Under the pieces are notes generated by a model. It saw only the letters and a program-made list of their open reading frames with translations. It was not told where the DNA came from and did no database searches. This document shows, piece after piece, positions 50,685 to 63,562 of a DNA stretch of 64,000 bases. The translations under genes and the position numbers were made by a program. Position 1 is the stretch's first letter. Every line of letters begins with the position of its first letter. Source of the stretch: Gracilinanus agilis (Eukaryota); the NCBI RefSeq assembly GCF_016433145.1, contig NC_058130.1, positions 784,204,020 through 784,268,019 of the forward strand. Reading direction: 5' to 3'.

Positions 50685-50723
50685 ATGGCTCTTCCCCACG
50701 TGCAGCCACCAAGCTTCTTACTA
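50685..50723 (+). CDS. SMPD4: SMPD4 (neutral sphingomyelinase 3) exon 2 coding part; exon starts at 50637
   Basis: ATG GCT CTT reads MALPHVQPPSFLL (human short form MAFPHLQQPSFLL, recalled); donor CTA|GTAAGT; acceptor tttcccacag|. Missing from the ORF track. Confidence 0.9.
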
Positions 50724-52804
50724 GTAAGTAAGCCCTTGAGGGAAGGGGTCTTGTAGGTGGTGATGGGACATCACAAAGGACCCCTGAGCTGGGATGACTT
50801 GACTGGAGCTGGGGAGCCCCCCTCCAAGACTCCATTGACTCATTTTCAAGATGGGCCCTTGTTGCTCACTTGTAGGATTCTGTGAGGCTCTGTCAAGCCA
50901 ATGGGTACACATTCTTACAAACTTCCAGCAGCACAATACACGATGCTGAGTAATGTAAGATCCCAGCTTTAGAGTTGGAAGTCACTAATCCCGTTGAACC
51001 CTGGACACAGAGGCCACCCAGGTGGAAGAGCCGAAGAGCCAGGCTCTGAACCTGACTCCTCCAGCCCTAGGCCCAGGACTCTTTCTACTACACCACACTT
51101 GTCTAACTAGCCATGTGCTCCAAAGTGCACCAGTTCCTTGTGATTCACATCCTCTGGTTTTCTGGTATCCAGGGATTTAGTAGAAGGTAGTGTGGTGGAG
51201 CAGAAGGAACCTTTGGGCCAGGAGGCAGCAGATTTGGTCCTGCTACTTATTAGTTATAGTAATCTGGGCCCTCAGTCTCCTCCTGTATAAAATCGGAATT
51301 AGCATAGTCCTTGCCCTAGCTCTTCATAGGTCTGGGGAGAGAATCAGCTACAGTATTGGGTTTAAGTTGCTTTCTAGTCCCCAAGCACTCCTGGCCTCTG
51401 AGTTTGGTCAAGTGAGAGGGCCTTAGAGATGAAGAGAAAGGGAAGGCCTGGCCTGAGAAGCCAGCCACTTCCTTTTGTTTTCTCAGAAGAGAAAAGGGGA
51501 GAGAGATGCTCTGATTCATCCTAGTGCAAAGGTGACCCTGGGATCTTGAGGGCTGCAGCAGTGGGTAGCAGGTTTTACCAAGCTGGTGGGGTTTTGAGCC
51601 AGGCCCAGGGACCCCCTGCCTGTTTGCGCTCTGAGCACCTGCCCAGGCTGGCTGCCCCCTAACAAATGTTTGCTTCCAAGGACTGTGTGCTGAGTTAGAG
51701 AGAGGCCTTGGTCTACATCAGGGGTGATGGGATGCTTGAAATCTTGAGGGTGTCTTAGGGAGCAGTTTGAACTGCAACAGAGTATGACTTGGAAGAAGGG
51801 AAACTGGATTTTGGTGTCACAATGTCTGTGCTGGAGTTGCTAACCCTCTTGGAGGCCTGGTTCCCTCCTGAGTATGTCGACGAAGGGACTGCCTCCACTG
51901 ACCAGCTCTACCTCCTAGTAATTTGCTGTCCATCCTCCAGGGAGGGGCAGGTAGGAGCCCCAGGACTAGGCTAACAGGACCGTTCTGTCTCCTTCCCCAG
52001 CCCTTCCCAGGACATCTCAAAGGATTGAGAAGCCAAGGCTTTTGGGTGGCCCCAGAGAGCAGCCTTCTTGGGCTCTGGGGCCTGAGTATTGTCATCCAGA
52101 ACATAGGTCTTATTGGATTTGAATTGGAAGGAATGTTGGCATTCATCTAGTCTTCCTGCCTTGTTTTCCTGAGGAGGAGGGCTTGGGGGAGCACTGTCAG
52201 AGGGGAAGATTTGACCAGGCTTTCTGACTTGTCCTGAGGGGTTGCCATTCTTTCCATGCTGTCCCATGTTTCCTTCTTGTGAGAATTTGGAAGTTCTGTG
52301 GGTACCTTCCTTGCATTTTCTGTGCTGGTCTTAGCACAGGGTCTGTCTGAGTTACTGGGGCAGAAAAAAGTCCTCGGCTCTGGGAGGGCCCTTTCTCATC
52401 CAGGCATATCCTAGAGTGAGGGCAAGGAAGGAGCTTGGAGACTGTCAATTCCTGCCTCTTGCTTTATATTATAAAGGAGGAAATTGAGACCAGGGTTACC
52501 ACCTAGGCTAAGTGCTGTGAGGGCGGGATCTGACCCAGATCCTGTGCACAAAGCCCCCTGCTAGGTTTTGTCTCTGCAGAGAGGTCCTTGGCCAGAAAAT
52601 GGGAGGCTGAGACAGAGCTTGCCTCCAACTTGCTTGCTCAAGCATCGGCACACATAGGGGATGGGGCGAAGGGCAGATGGCCCCACTCAGTGTCCATTGA
52701 CCAGATGTTTTGAAAGGCCCCGGGCCTCCCTGGGTACTCATGCCCTTCTGCCCTTCCAACAGAGTTGGTGGGGCCCAGCTCTGACACTGTGGTCTCTTTG
52801 CCAG

Positions 52805-52891
52805 GCGAGTCTGAAAGCGGATTGTGTGAACAAGCCCTTCACCCAGCGCTGCCACGATCTGGTCAAGGTGATCGACGACTTCCCAGCCAAG
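52805..52891 (+). CDS. SMPD4: SMPD4 exon 3
   Basis: ASLKADCVNKPFTQRCHDLVKVIDDFPAK; ccag| ... AAG|GTAGCT; 87 nt. Confidence 0.95.
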
Positions 52892-53659
52892 GTAGCTGCA
52901 GACCTGCTTGTGTACATGTGCTCCTGTGTGTGGGTCCTGTGGGTACACATGGGTATGCGTGTGTGCTCTCTGCTCCGAGGGCCTCTTGTTGGAGGAGCCC
53001 TCCACATCCCAGGGTTCAGGTCCATGAATTACAGCAGGGATGCTGGCAGCCCGATGTAAGATCTTCGAAGACTCCCTGATGCTTATTTTCCAGACTTGTT
53101 AGATTTGCATTAAAAAACAACGCAGCCTCTTGGCATTCCTGTGGTGTGGGGACGCCGTCCCCAGTCAGGGCCGTGATGTCATGGGGGCACAGGCTCCCCT
53201 TGGGTCTCCCAGCAGCCCTGGGTACCTGGCCCTGTAGGCTTCCCTGAGGGCTGCCTGGCCCTCCCAGTGGGAGTGGGTACGACCCAGGCTTCCCAGCTTG
53301 GAGGCTCACTGTTCACTGGTCCATGCTGTGCGGAATGAGAACACTCAGTAATCCAAGAGGATTTCCCAGGATAGTGGAGGGCTCTAGCCTGGCCACACAA
53401 GCTAGAAAAAGACGCACACGGATGCAGGAGAGATCTGTCAAGGCCAAATTCAAAATTAATCCAAAGTGACTGGCCGCCTTGGCTGTTGGAGGGGCTCAAG
53501 CCAGAGCTCTGAGCTCAGACCCTTTTGCCTACGGTGGTCCCTGCTGCAAAGTAAGGTTAGGTGAACCCAAGAGTCAATGACACCCCCTCCTCCCCTCGGG
53601 CATTTCTGTTTTAAATGCTGCTCCTTCCTCTCAGTGAACTCTTGCCTTTCCCACCTCAG

Positions 53660-53802
53660 GAGCTGCACTACATTTTCCCATGGCTTGTAGAAAGTATTTT
53701 TGGCAGTTTGGATGGCATCCTGGTTGGCTGGAACCTCCGGTGCCTGCAGGGAAGAGTGAACCCCATCGAATACAGTATTGCAATGGAGTTTCTAGACCCC
53801 AG
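53660..53802 (+). CDS. SMPD4: SMPD4 exon 4 (followed by a GC donor)
   Basis: [47 protein letters not shown]+AG|GCAAGT; 143 nt. Confidence 0.94.
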
Positions 53803-53837
53803 GCAAGTGGATTTTCTGCAGCCCCGGCCATGGGTGA

Positions 53838-54119
<282 letters not shown>

Positions 54120-54594
54120 TGAGAGACTCCCTCATGCTCTGCAATAATCACACTTGGCCAGAATGGGTGGGAGAGGTGCCTGTGTTTGTGGGCGAAGCAG
54201 GAGTAAATGGTATGAGTTCAGCTGTGTTACCCCAAGCTATTCCTGTGGCCGTCACGTCTCTCTTTGCTGAAAAGCCTTCAGTGCTTCCTCATTGCCCAGG
54301 GAAGGACATCCCCATTCCTTACTCTGGCATTCACGGCCCTTTCAGCCTGACCCCAGCTTCGGTTTGTGAGCATGTCCCACTCTCGTCCTGTTCTCTACAG
54401 CTGGAAAATGCCCTTCATCCCCACTGTGCCTGCCTCTCCTGGCACAGCCTTCTACGAGGGAGGCTGTGGATGTGCCCCCTACTGGAGAGGCAGCTCACAC
54501 AGGGCAGCACAGTCTCGTCAGGCCCTGGGGCTTTGTGTGTGGTGTGGCCAGGGCTTAGGGTGAACTTGGCCTCATTGACCCCCCTCTCTTTCAG

Positions 54595-54703
54595 GAGCCC
54601 GTGAGAGCCTGCATCCAGGAGCGGGTCCTCCCGGAGTGTCCACTGTACCATAACAAGATCCAGTTCCCCCCCGCGGGCGGCCAGGGCCTGCACTTGGCCC
54701 TCA
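54595..54703 (+). CDS. SMPD4: SMPD4 exon 6 (followed by a U12-type donor)
   Basis: ttcag|[36 protein letters not shown]+A|GTATCCTTT; 109 nt. Confidence 0.93.
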
Positions 54704-54811
54704 GTATCCTTTCCAAGCCTGGGGTGGGGTGGGGGATGGTTGGGCAGGAGGGGGTGCCCACTGGCTTCTCCTGGGGCCTATGTGCGCCTTTGTCCTTGAC
54801 GCCCACCTCAT

Positions 54812-54864
54812 ACCCGTTCGAGTATTACATGTTCTTCTTCGCCCTGAGCCTCATCACGCAGAGG
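54812..54864 (+). CDS. SMPD4: SMPD4 exon 7
   Basis: AC CCG TTC GAG reads (N)[17 protein letters not shown]; donor AGG|GTATGA; 53 nt. The preceding intron ends in AT. Confidence 0.9.
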
Positions 54865-56425
54865 GTATGACCAGCTGGCCCTGAGCGGGGGAGGCAGGGT
54901 AGGGGCTGATGAGACCCAAGGAATGGGGGTGCTGGTTAGCCCAAGGGGTGTCAGGGTAGTGTTTCTGAGCATCCTGAGACTGGGCTACTTACTTCTTCAG
55001 CCCCAGGGGGGGTCACCCTGCCAGGGCACTGGGGTGAGGGGTGGGGGTAGGTTCTGGGTTCAGGTCTTGCTGAAGCAAGTCACTTCACCCCCGGTGCTCA
55101 GCCCTTAGTGATAGACTGCTACAGGGGTAGGAGGCGTGGGTATAGGAGGGGCCTGAGAGCAATCAGGGGGCACAGACAGACTGGCTTGAGGGTCCTCTGG
55201 GTCGATGAAGGATGAGTACAGTACAGGCCCTTGGGGGTGGTGGGTGTGTGGTGCCACTGGGGGCTGGGTGCAGAGGACTTGGCTGTACAGAGGCAGGAGG
55301 GTGAGGGAAGAGAACAGAGTTTGGCTTTGTTGGGGTTGGGCTGTGGGGGGCTTTGGAGGTAGGTGCTGAGATTGGGGCAGATACAGGCATACACTATGGA
55401 GCCAGGAGGGAATGAGGGGCTCTGAAAATTGAGGGCATTCTGAGTGGGGAGGCCGACCATGGCAAAGGCTGGGAGCGGGGAGATGAGGTTAGCTACAAGG
55501 AACAACAAGATCAGAACAGGAGCTGGGCCTTTGGGGGCACTCTGTGTCCCAAGGGTGGGAAAGCAGGTTGGGGCTGCCCAAGAGAAGACCCCAGAGGCAG
55601 CAGGGAGGGCCATGCTGCGACTTGAGCTTTAGGACCATGGCTTGGGTGGCCAGGCTGGGCAGGTGCGGAGCCTGGGGGTGCTGTAGTGCTGTAGCTAGAG
55701 GTTAAGTACAGGGCTTTGGAGGTGGGTAGGAGCCAGGAGAGGAGAAGGGAGGGAGGCAACGGGACTTCCTGATGGGCTGTGACTGGTGCTAGGGAAGAGC
55801 CTGTTGGGGCCTCTGGAGCACTCCCTGAGTCCTTAGAGAGCAGCCCCAGAGCCCCAAAAAGGACACAGGGGTGGGGTGGGGTCGCAGTTGCTCTGTAAGG
55901 TGACACCCCTGCCCCCTGCTTTCCTCTCTGAGTAATTCATCTCTTCTGGGAGAAGCGGGTCTGGGGAGCCCCTGGTGGTCCTCACACTGGCCCGGGGTGA
56001 CTCCTTCCCCTCACCCTGAGAGATGAAAAATCAGCCAAGCTGCTGGCTCTGGGGTTGTGTCTGCTCTTCCTCTGGGCATTGGGGTTGGGCCCAAAGGTTG
56101 GTGGGGAGAAGGCTAAAGGCCAAGTCTGAAATTGTGGGGGGAAAGACTAAGCATGAACAGCTTTTTGGGGTGTGGGGGTGCTCAGTGGCCATCCCTGACG
56201 GCTAGTAGCCCGTCTCATGCAGGAGAGGTCAGACAGGTACCCTTAGGCTTCACTGGACAGACTTGGTCAGAGATGAGAGGAGGGAAGTTGGGGACACATG
56301 ACCCCCCCCTCACATGGGCCACAGTGGCGAGAGGTGACATTCCTGCCCCATCCCCCAGGCCTCACCCCGCTTCCTGGCCCACTGGCTGGGGCAGGAGCCA
56401 TAACAAAGGCCCCTTTGTCTTCCAG

Positions 56426-56577
56426 AGCTTTCCGATGTCAGTTCATGTCCGAACTTCCGACTGTGCCTATTTCATCCTGGTGGACCGCTACCTGACGTGG
56501 TTCTTACCCACAGAAGGCAATGTCGTCCCTCCCCCTTCGAGCACCCTGGGGTGCTCCATCCCTTCTCCCACTCCCAG
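56426..56577 (+). CDS. SMPD4: SMPD4 exon 8
   Basis: [31 protein letters not shown]...PSPTP+AG|GTGAGG; 152 nt. Confidence 0.95.
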
Positions 56578-58225
56578 GTGAGGCTCCTGGTGCCAGACAT
56601 GTCCTGGGGCCCCCCTTTTGGGGCTGAATGTCTGTGCTCTTGTCCCCTGTCCTGGCCTGCAAGACTGTCCACTCTTGGGCATCCTCTGGCCTTTTAGGGG
56701 CTCACCGTGGATGGAATGTTCTGATTTCCCACATGCTCTCTGGCTGCCAGGAAGCTCGGCCACAAACCCACAGGAGTCTAGTCGGCCCCAGGGCTGGCTT
56801 GGAGACATCCAGGGTCAGCAGCTGCCCGTCTCCTGTGCTCCTGAGGGGTGCAGCGGGGTCAGAGAACACCTCTCTAGTCACCCTCATAAGCCTGCACTAG
56901 GCTGGCCTGCCCTGCCTCTGGCAGCACGTGACCCAGGACTCTGCCAGTACCCCAGCCAGCCCCCCACCTCCCAGGCTCTCCCTCATCTCTGGCAGTACCT
57001 CCATGGGGTGTCCCCCTGTCCAAGTAGTGCCCACCCTCCCATGCGCATGCACACTAGCCCCCACTGTGGAATGTTAAGTTCCCCAAAGGCAGGAGCTAGT
57101 GTTTGGGGGTTTTGGGGAGGAAGTTTCTGCCTGTCCAGGGCCAAGTACCCCCCAGCCCATGGGAGACGCTGCCTCAGGACTGCTCTCCCGCTTGTTAGGG
57201 GGGAGTGTCTGAGGTCAGCGATTGAGGGGGGCCGACCCCAAGCGCCCTCAGCTCTTTTGCTCAGAGCCAGCATTCTAGACAGGCAGCAGGATCGCTGCCA
57301 GTGGCTTTATCCCAGCTCCGTCCTTCTGGCCCTGCGATCCCCCTTGGAGCTGGGCTATGGGAGATGCCCCGTGTGGCCTGGACATTCCTTTTGTCCAAGG
57401 CTGCCTCAGGCCGTTTCTTCTCTGAGGAGGAGGTGCCAGGCTGTTCCTACCCTCCTAGACCCACGTGCCCCACACTTGTATTTCGTGAGTTCTCTGTCGG
57501 TCTCTTTGTCCCTCAGTCTGGCTGTTTCTCACAGTTCACATCTGCTGTTAGACCCTCAGACGGCTCCATGCCGTAACCACTCTTCCTCCCACAGTTAAAC
57601 CTCCCTCCACGGCCATAATTAAGGCCTGCCCCGTGCTGGGAGCTACGATACAAAGTCAGACCCACACACAGCTAAGGCCTGGTTCTCCCCACCCTTCACA
57701 CTCCAAGGGGGAGGGCCCTGATCCCCACCTGGAAGGAAAAAAAGGTGGGGTCACCCCTGACATCCCACAGAGGGTGTGGGAAAGGGGGAGCCTCGCAGGC
57801 TGGGCTGGTGAATCACAGGAGAGAAGGGGAGGGACATTGGAGGCTAGAGAGAGGCCCACTCGTGGGGCTCCGAAGGGTGGTCTGGAGCAGAGGACGGGGC
57901 CTGAACTGGGATGTGGGGGATTTGGCTGCCCCCTTGGATGTCTGTGCACACACGTCCCCTTTCTGGCTGGCACATCCGCCTGGGGTAATGCCCGTCCCCC
58001 CAGTCTAGGCCCCTCGCTTAGACCTTCATCCCTGGCCATGCGTGTGTCACGTGTCCCACGAGAATGGGGCAGGGCCTAGGGAGGCTGTGGGGAAGAGGGC
58101 CAGGCCCCAGGACAGCTCGGACAGCGAGGCGCTGGTTCGTTGACCACACACTGGTCTTCTGACCGAGGCCGAGGCAAGTGCTTGCCCATGTGGCAAGCCA
58201 GGGGCTTCTGGTGGGGCCAGAGTGA

Positions 58226-58597
<372 letters not shown>

Positions 58598-58629
58598 TAA
58601 GCACGAGGGGAAGGGGCAGCGGGCGGCTC

Positions 58630-58765
58630 GGGGTGGAGAGCCAGGCCCAGACACTGCCCAGCTGGGTGACCCTGGCCAAGCCACTTCACCCCCATTGCCT
58701 AGCCCAGACCATTCTTCTGCCTTAGAGCCAAGCACAGGATTAATTCAAGGCCAGGGTTTAAAACA
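58630..58765 (+). mobile_element. SINE1_Mdo-like SINE
   Basis: ccaggcccagacactgcccagctgggtgaccctgg...ccccattgcctagccc...aaggccagggtttaaaa. Confidence 0.75.
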
Positions 58766-59591
58766 AACAGAAAAATCCCAAAGAAAATAGAACTCTGTAC
58801 GAAAGAGGCTCAGATGGGAAAAAGGGGGTTAGGGAGGGGATCAGGGAAGGCTCATGAAGGCGGTGACATGGAGTTGCGCCTTGAAGGATGAACCAGGCTT
58901 CCAAGGGCAGTAACCTCGCTGGCAGGGACCGTCTCGGAGCTGGGAGGGGCCCAGCAGGGCAGGCATCTGGTTGCCACTCGTGTGCCTCCAGAGAGGGGGA
59001 GTCCCCTTGGGAAATCCTGCCCTTGGTGGGATAGAAATCTGCCTCTGCTCTGCCCCTGGGGCTTCCTCCCTCTTCTCTTGAAGACTTCTCAGACATTCAA
59101 GGACTCCTCCCTCCCCTCTGCGGGGTGCCTCGCCCACGTTCTTGGTCATGCAGGACTCGAGCTGGGGCCGCCTTGGGGTGGCAGTGCCCATCCCTGGGGC
59201 ATCCTGGAGCCCTTTTGGACCTTCTCATTCTGGGTGGTGCACGGACCCAGTGAAGCCTTCCTTGTAATACTGTTACTTCCTTCAAATGTTGGGAGGCCCA
59301 TCACGGGTGACAAGCATTCAGCCTATTCTGGGCTCAGTCAGTGCTAGCTCAAGGCAGGGGGCAGGTTGGGGCCCACAGAAGCAGGATTGTCAGTAGCCAA
59401 AGTGGAAACATGCCCCACTTCATAAGGTAGTGAGTTCCTCATCTCCAGAGGTGTTGAAGCCGAGGTGATCCCTGAGGTCTGGCAGGGAAGGGCCTGGTGG
59501 CCTGGGCCCTCCTTTCCCAGCTCTGATGTTCCCCAATTCTCCGAACGTTGACCCAAGGGAGGAGGAGGCGGGATCTCAGCCTGCAGACTGA

Positions 59592-59987
<396 letters not shown>

Positions 59988-62127
59988 TGATGGGTGGCTG
60001 TGGTCGTTCCCAGCGTGGGGCCCTGTCCACAGAGGCATTCTCGTGTGCTCTGCACGTCAGGGATGGCCCAAGAGGCAGGGCGCCCACTTGATGGCTTCCT
60101 AAACCCACTTCCTTCTGCCCTACTTCCCAGTGAGGTCTTGCCACCTCCGCAGAATGTTTGGGGCGGCCGGTGTGAACCTGAGAGCTGACCCCTGTGGCCT
60201 CTTGGGGTGGTAGAGAAGTACCAATAAATGCTGGCCAGGGCTCCTGTTGTCCCCCCAGATTGTGGGAGAGGGGTGCCTTTCAGCCCCCGCTGCATTCCCC
60301 TCACCTTGGGTGCTTAGTCTCTTCTCTCTTCCTGCATGCGGCTTGGCCTTGCAAAAGGAGGATCATGGGGCGCTTCCAGTCTGTCTTCTGTTTGCTCGTT
60401 CTGTCTGGACCTCTTTGCAGGGTAGTGTTTCTTTGCTGGATGCACTGGCATAAGGAAGCAGCCTAGAAGTTGTTTGGGGGGCCTGGAGGGCAAGAGAAAA
60501 CTTTGGGGGACTCCCTGTTTGGAAGATGGCTAAGTAAGGGGACTTTCCCTCTCACTGTGTCCATGGGGCCTCCTGTGGCCCAGAATTTAGAGGCCGGGTT
60601 CTTAGAGCCACATGCCTATTCCAGGCCTAGGTAGCAACTAGCCTTTGTGCAGGGAGGCCTCTCTAAGCCTCGGTTTCTCCATCACCAAAGTGGGGACATA
60701 GATCCCTGCCTGTTGTGTTGTAGAAGGCCCCCAGTCTCTCCATGGCTACTTCAGGAGAGTCTCGATAAGTTCTCAGGGTTCCTGATCTGAACTGTTAACA
60801 GTATGCATATCTGGGGCCTGAGAGTTGGTCTTGCCAGTGCTGATCATGGCAAAGCCAGCTCACTGCCCAGGGGGCCAAGGGCTGCCCAGAGAGGAGTAGG
60901 GGGTGTCCTGAGAGTGCTGCCCTACTGTGCTGCTGTGCCCCCCAGCTCCGCCTCGGCTGTGTCCCCCCCACTTCCTGGCCTGAGCAGTCTCTCCACCTTG
61001 GAGCTACCTTTCTCCCAGCCCTTCCATAGACAGGGCACCTGAACCCTGTCCCAGCGCACCCATAAGGGAGAGGAGGGCTACGGGGCAGACAGCACGGATG
61101 ACGGCTGTATCCCACTCTGGAGCCATCGTCTCTTTTGATTCCCCCCCACAACACTGCCTCCTCCCTTAACTACCAGTCGACGAGTCTGAGCACTGTGATT
61201 CCTGGGCCTCCCCTGCATCAAATTCCTTCCCATTTCCAAAAGCCCGAGGCCAGTGGAGACTGGGACTTGTCCCAAGTGACTGGCCTCAGCCAGGGTACCC
61301 CCTGCAGCCTTGTTCCTGTCCTGGCTTCGCCATTGCTCTGCAGCAAACATTCAAGGAGGAAGCTCTGAGGACTTGCTGCTGCCGCACTGGTGACTAGAGA
61401 ACGTTGGGAGGACAAGGAAGAGCCTGGAAGTGGAGGCAGGAGGCAGAGAAGAGCAGGATCCTGGCCTGTGTGGGGAGCCCAGCCAGATGCCTGTGTGCCC
61501 AGGATGCCAAGAAGCTGCCCATTCCAGCTAGCAGGGACTCCACGCATACCAGGATGCTTTTTGCTGCCCTTCCAGCGATGGAATATTTCAGAGGGAGAAA
61601 ATGGAGCTGTGACCTTCTCAGGCTGGTCAGGCTCAGGCTGGGCCTGGCCCAAAGCCCTCGCAGGTGCCCCCGGTTGTAAGCTGGAGCTGGAGCCGGGCTC
61701 CAGGAGCCAGTGGGTCCTTTAGGGTAGCCAGGGTTATGCCAGCGCTTGAGCTGCCCAGGATTCTTTGTGTTCTCTCTGCTCCTCATCGGGCTTCTCATCT
61801 CCCCATTTCCTGCACTGCTGTGGCTCACCTCCTAACTCCTTCCTGCTTCACTAATGGATGCGCCCTTAGAGGGTGGCAGGCAGCTCTTCCCAGCTCCAGT
61901 GGGCCGGCCTGCCGGAACAGCTTCCGAGTTAATCTGTGCCTTGTCCAGATTCTCCCGGGACCTGCATTCAGGAGACTCTCATTTATCCAGATGAGTTGGG
62001 GTTGGTTGAATGAGAACACCCATGTACCGAGACAGAAAGCAGGCAATGGGGGCCGAGCCCAGGCCACTGGGGGCCTCTCGGAGCCTCTGCTTCCTTTCCT
62101 GGGATAGATGAGCCATGCTGGTGTTTC

Positions 62128-62306
62128 GAAGCTCTTCCCTTCTGTCTTAGAATCAGTACTGTGGATGGGTCCAAGGCAGAAGAGCGGTCAGGGCCAGACA
62201 TTGGGCATTTAATGAGTTTCTCAGGGTCACCCAGCTAGGATGTGTCTGAGGCCTGATTGGAACCCAGGACCTCCTGTCTCTATCCACTGAGCCACTTAGC
62301 TGCTCC
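62128..62306 (-). mobile_element. SINE1_Mdo-like SINE
   Basis: cccttctgtcttagaatcagtactgtg...aggacctcctgtctctatccactgagcc. Confidence 0.75.
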
Positions 62307-63074
62307 TGCCAGGCAGTGTGACATATTCATTTACAGATCACTGCTCTTGATCAACCGTAGCTGATAGGAGGGGATGTTTCTCATCCATAGTTCTGGGGCT
62401 GACTCCTTGCCCCTAGGGCAATGAATGCCCTTTGGACACTGGCCACCGCTCCTCTCTGAGCCCCAACACCTTTTGAGCTAGCTGATTGGCCATCCCGATT
62501 CCAGGAAGCTAGAATTTAATGAAGTCCCTGAGCGCTGCTCAGAACCATTTACTTCTCTCAGGACCTCCAGGCTGCCCATGTGTGTAGTGACCTGGGAGGT
62601 AGAGAGGGCTTGTGAAAGAAATCCTCGTTGCCCCGGTTTTCTGGTGTTTGGAATTCTGAATAAATTAGAGTCTCCTGTCCCACATTCCATAGCCAGCCAT
62701 TGGGATTTTGTAGAAGGCTGCTCCCTGCACCTGCTTCAAAGGCTTCCCCCAGAGGTACAGGGCCCAAGAAGGGCAGGGATGGGCTCCTTCCCCCATCAGT
62801 GCCCCATCACTCAGGAGCTAGCCTTTGCAGAGCTTAGGCCCCCTCCTGTCCCTAGGAGGCCAGGATGCTTGGGCAGAGTCAAAGGCCCAGTGCCCAGGCC
62901 GGCTCTGGAACTTGTGCCCTCCCCACCCGTGCAGTTGGCAGGCTTATAGAGGGGCCAGGTCACCTGGGTGGGCAGAGAACCGAGGGCAGGGCCTGGGTGG
63001 GCAGAGACCGAGCATCGGCAAGCAAGGGCTCCCGTTTTGCTGGAAGGAGGGCTCTGTGGCTGGATTGGCACTGA

Positions 63075-63470
63075 CTGCATTTGTTTTTGTTTTTGTTGTC
63101 TTTTTTCCTTTTCTTGGGCTCGTTCTTACTTTTTCTCTTTCTCTCCCCCTGCTCCTTAACCCTGTTTTCTTTCCCCATCCTTGGCCTCATTTCTTCTCTT
63201 CTTCCTCCCTTTGTTTCTCCCTTGCTCTCCTCTTGTTCCCCATGCCCCACCTCTTGCCCTTCTCTCTCCCATCTCACTCCCTCCTCTCTCCCCCTTCTCC
63301 CTCTTCTCTCCTCTTCCTCACCCCTTCTCTCTCCCTCTACTCTCCCCCTTTTCCCTCTTCCTTCTCTTTTCTTTCTCCCTTCTCTCCTCCTCCTCTCCCA
63401 CTTCTTTCCCTCTCCCCTGTCTCTCTCTCCTTTTCCCCCTCTGTTCTCTCTTCTTGTTTTGTTGTCTCTT
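63075..63470 (+). repeat. ~400-nt CT-rich polypyrimidine tract before SMPD4 exon 11
   Basis: Almost purely C/T sequence ending at the exon 11 acceptor. Confidence 0.9.
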
Positions 63471-63472
63471 AG

Positions 63473-63562
63473 CTGGAGGTTCTTCACTACCGACTCAGTG
63501 TCTCCAGTAGCCTCCACAGTTCTCCTGCCCAACCCAGCTACCAGGCCCTCCACGCATATCAA
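63473..63562 (+). CDS. SMPD4: SMPD4 exon 11 (probable cassette exon); gene continues beyond the window
   Basis: tcttag|LEVLHYRLSVSSSLHSSPAQPSYQALHAYQ|GTACAC; 90 nt. SMPD4 CDS in window totals 954 nt = 318 codons. Confidence 0.88.

Noticed and set aside
60223-60228. AATAAA in the SMPD4 intron after exon 10
   Set aside because: An isolated hexamer with only a weak downstream GU element; expected by chance.
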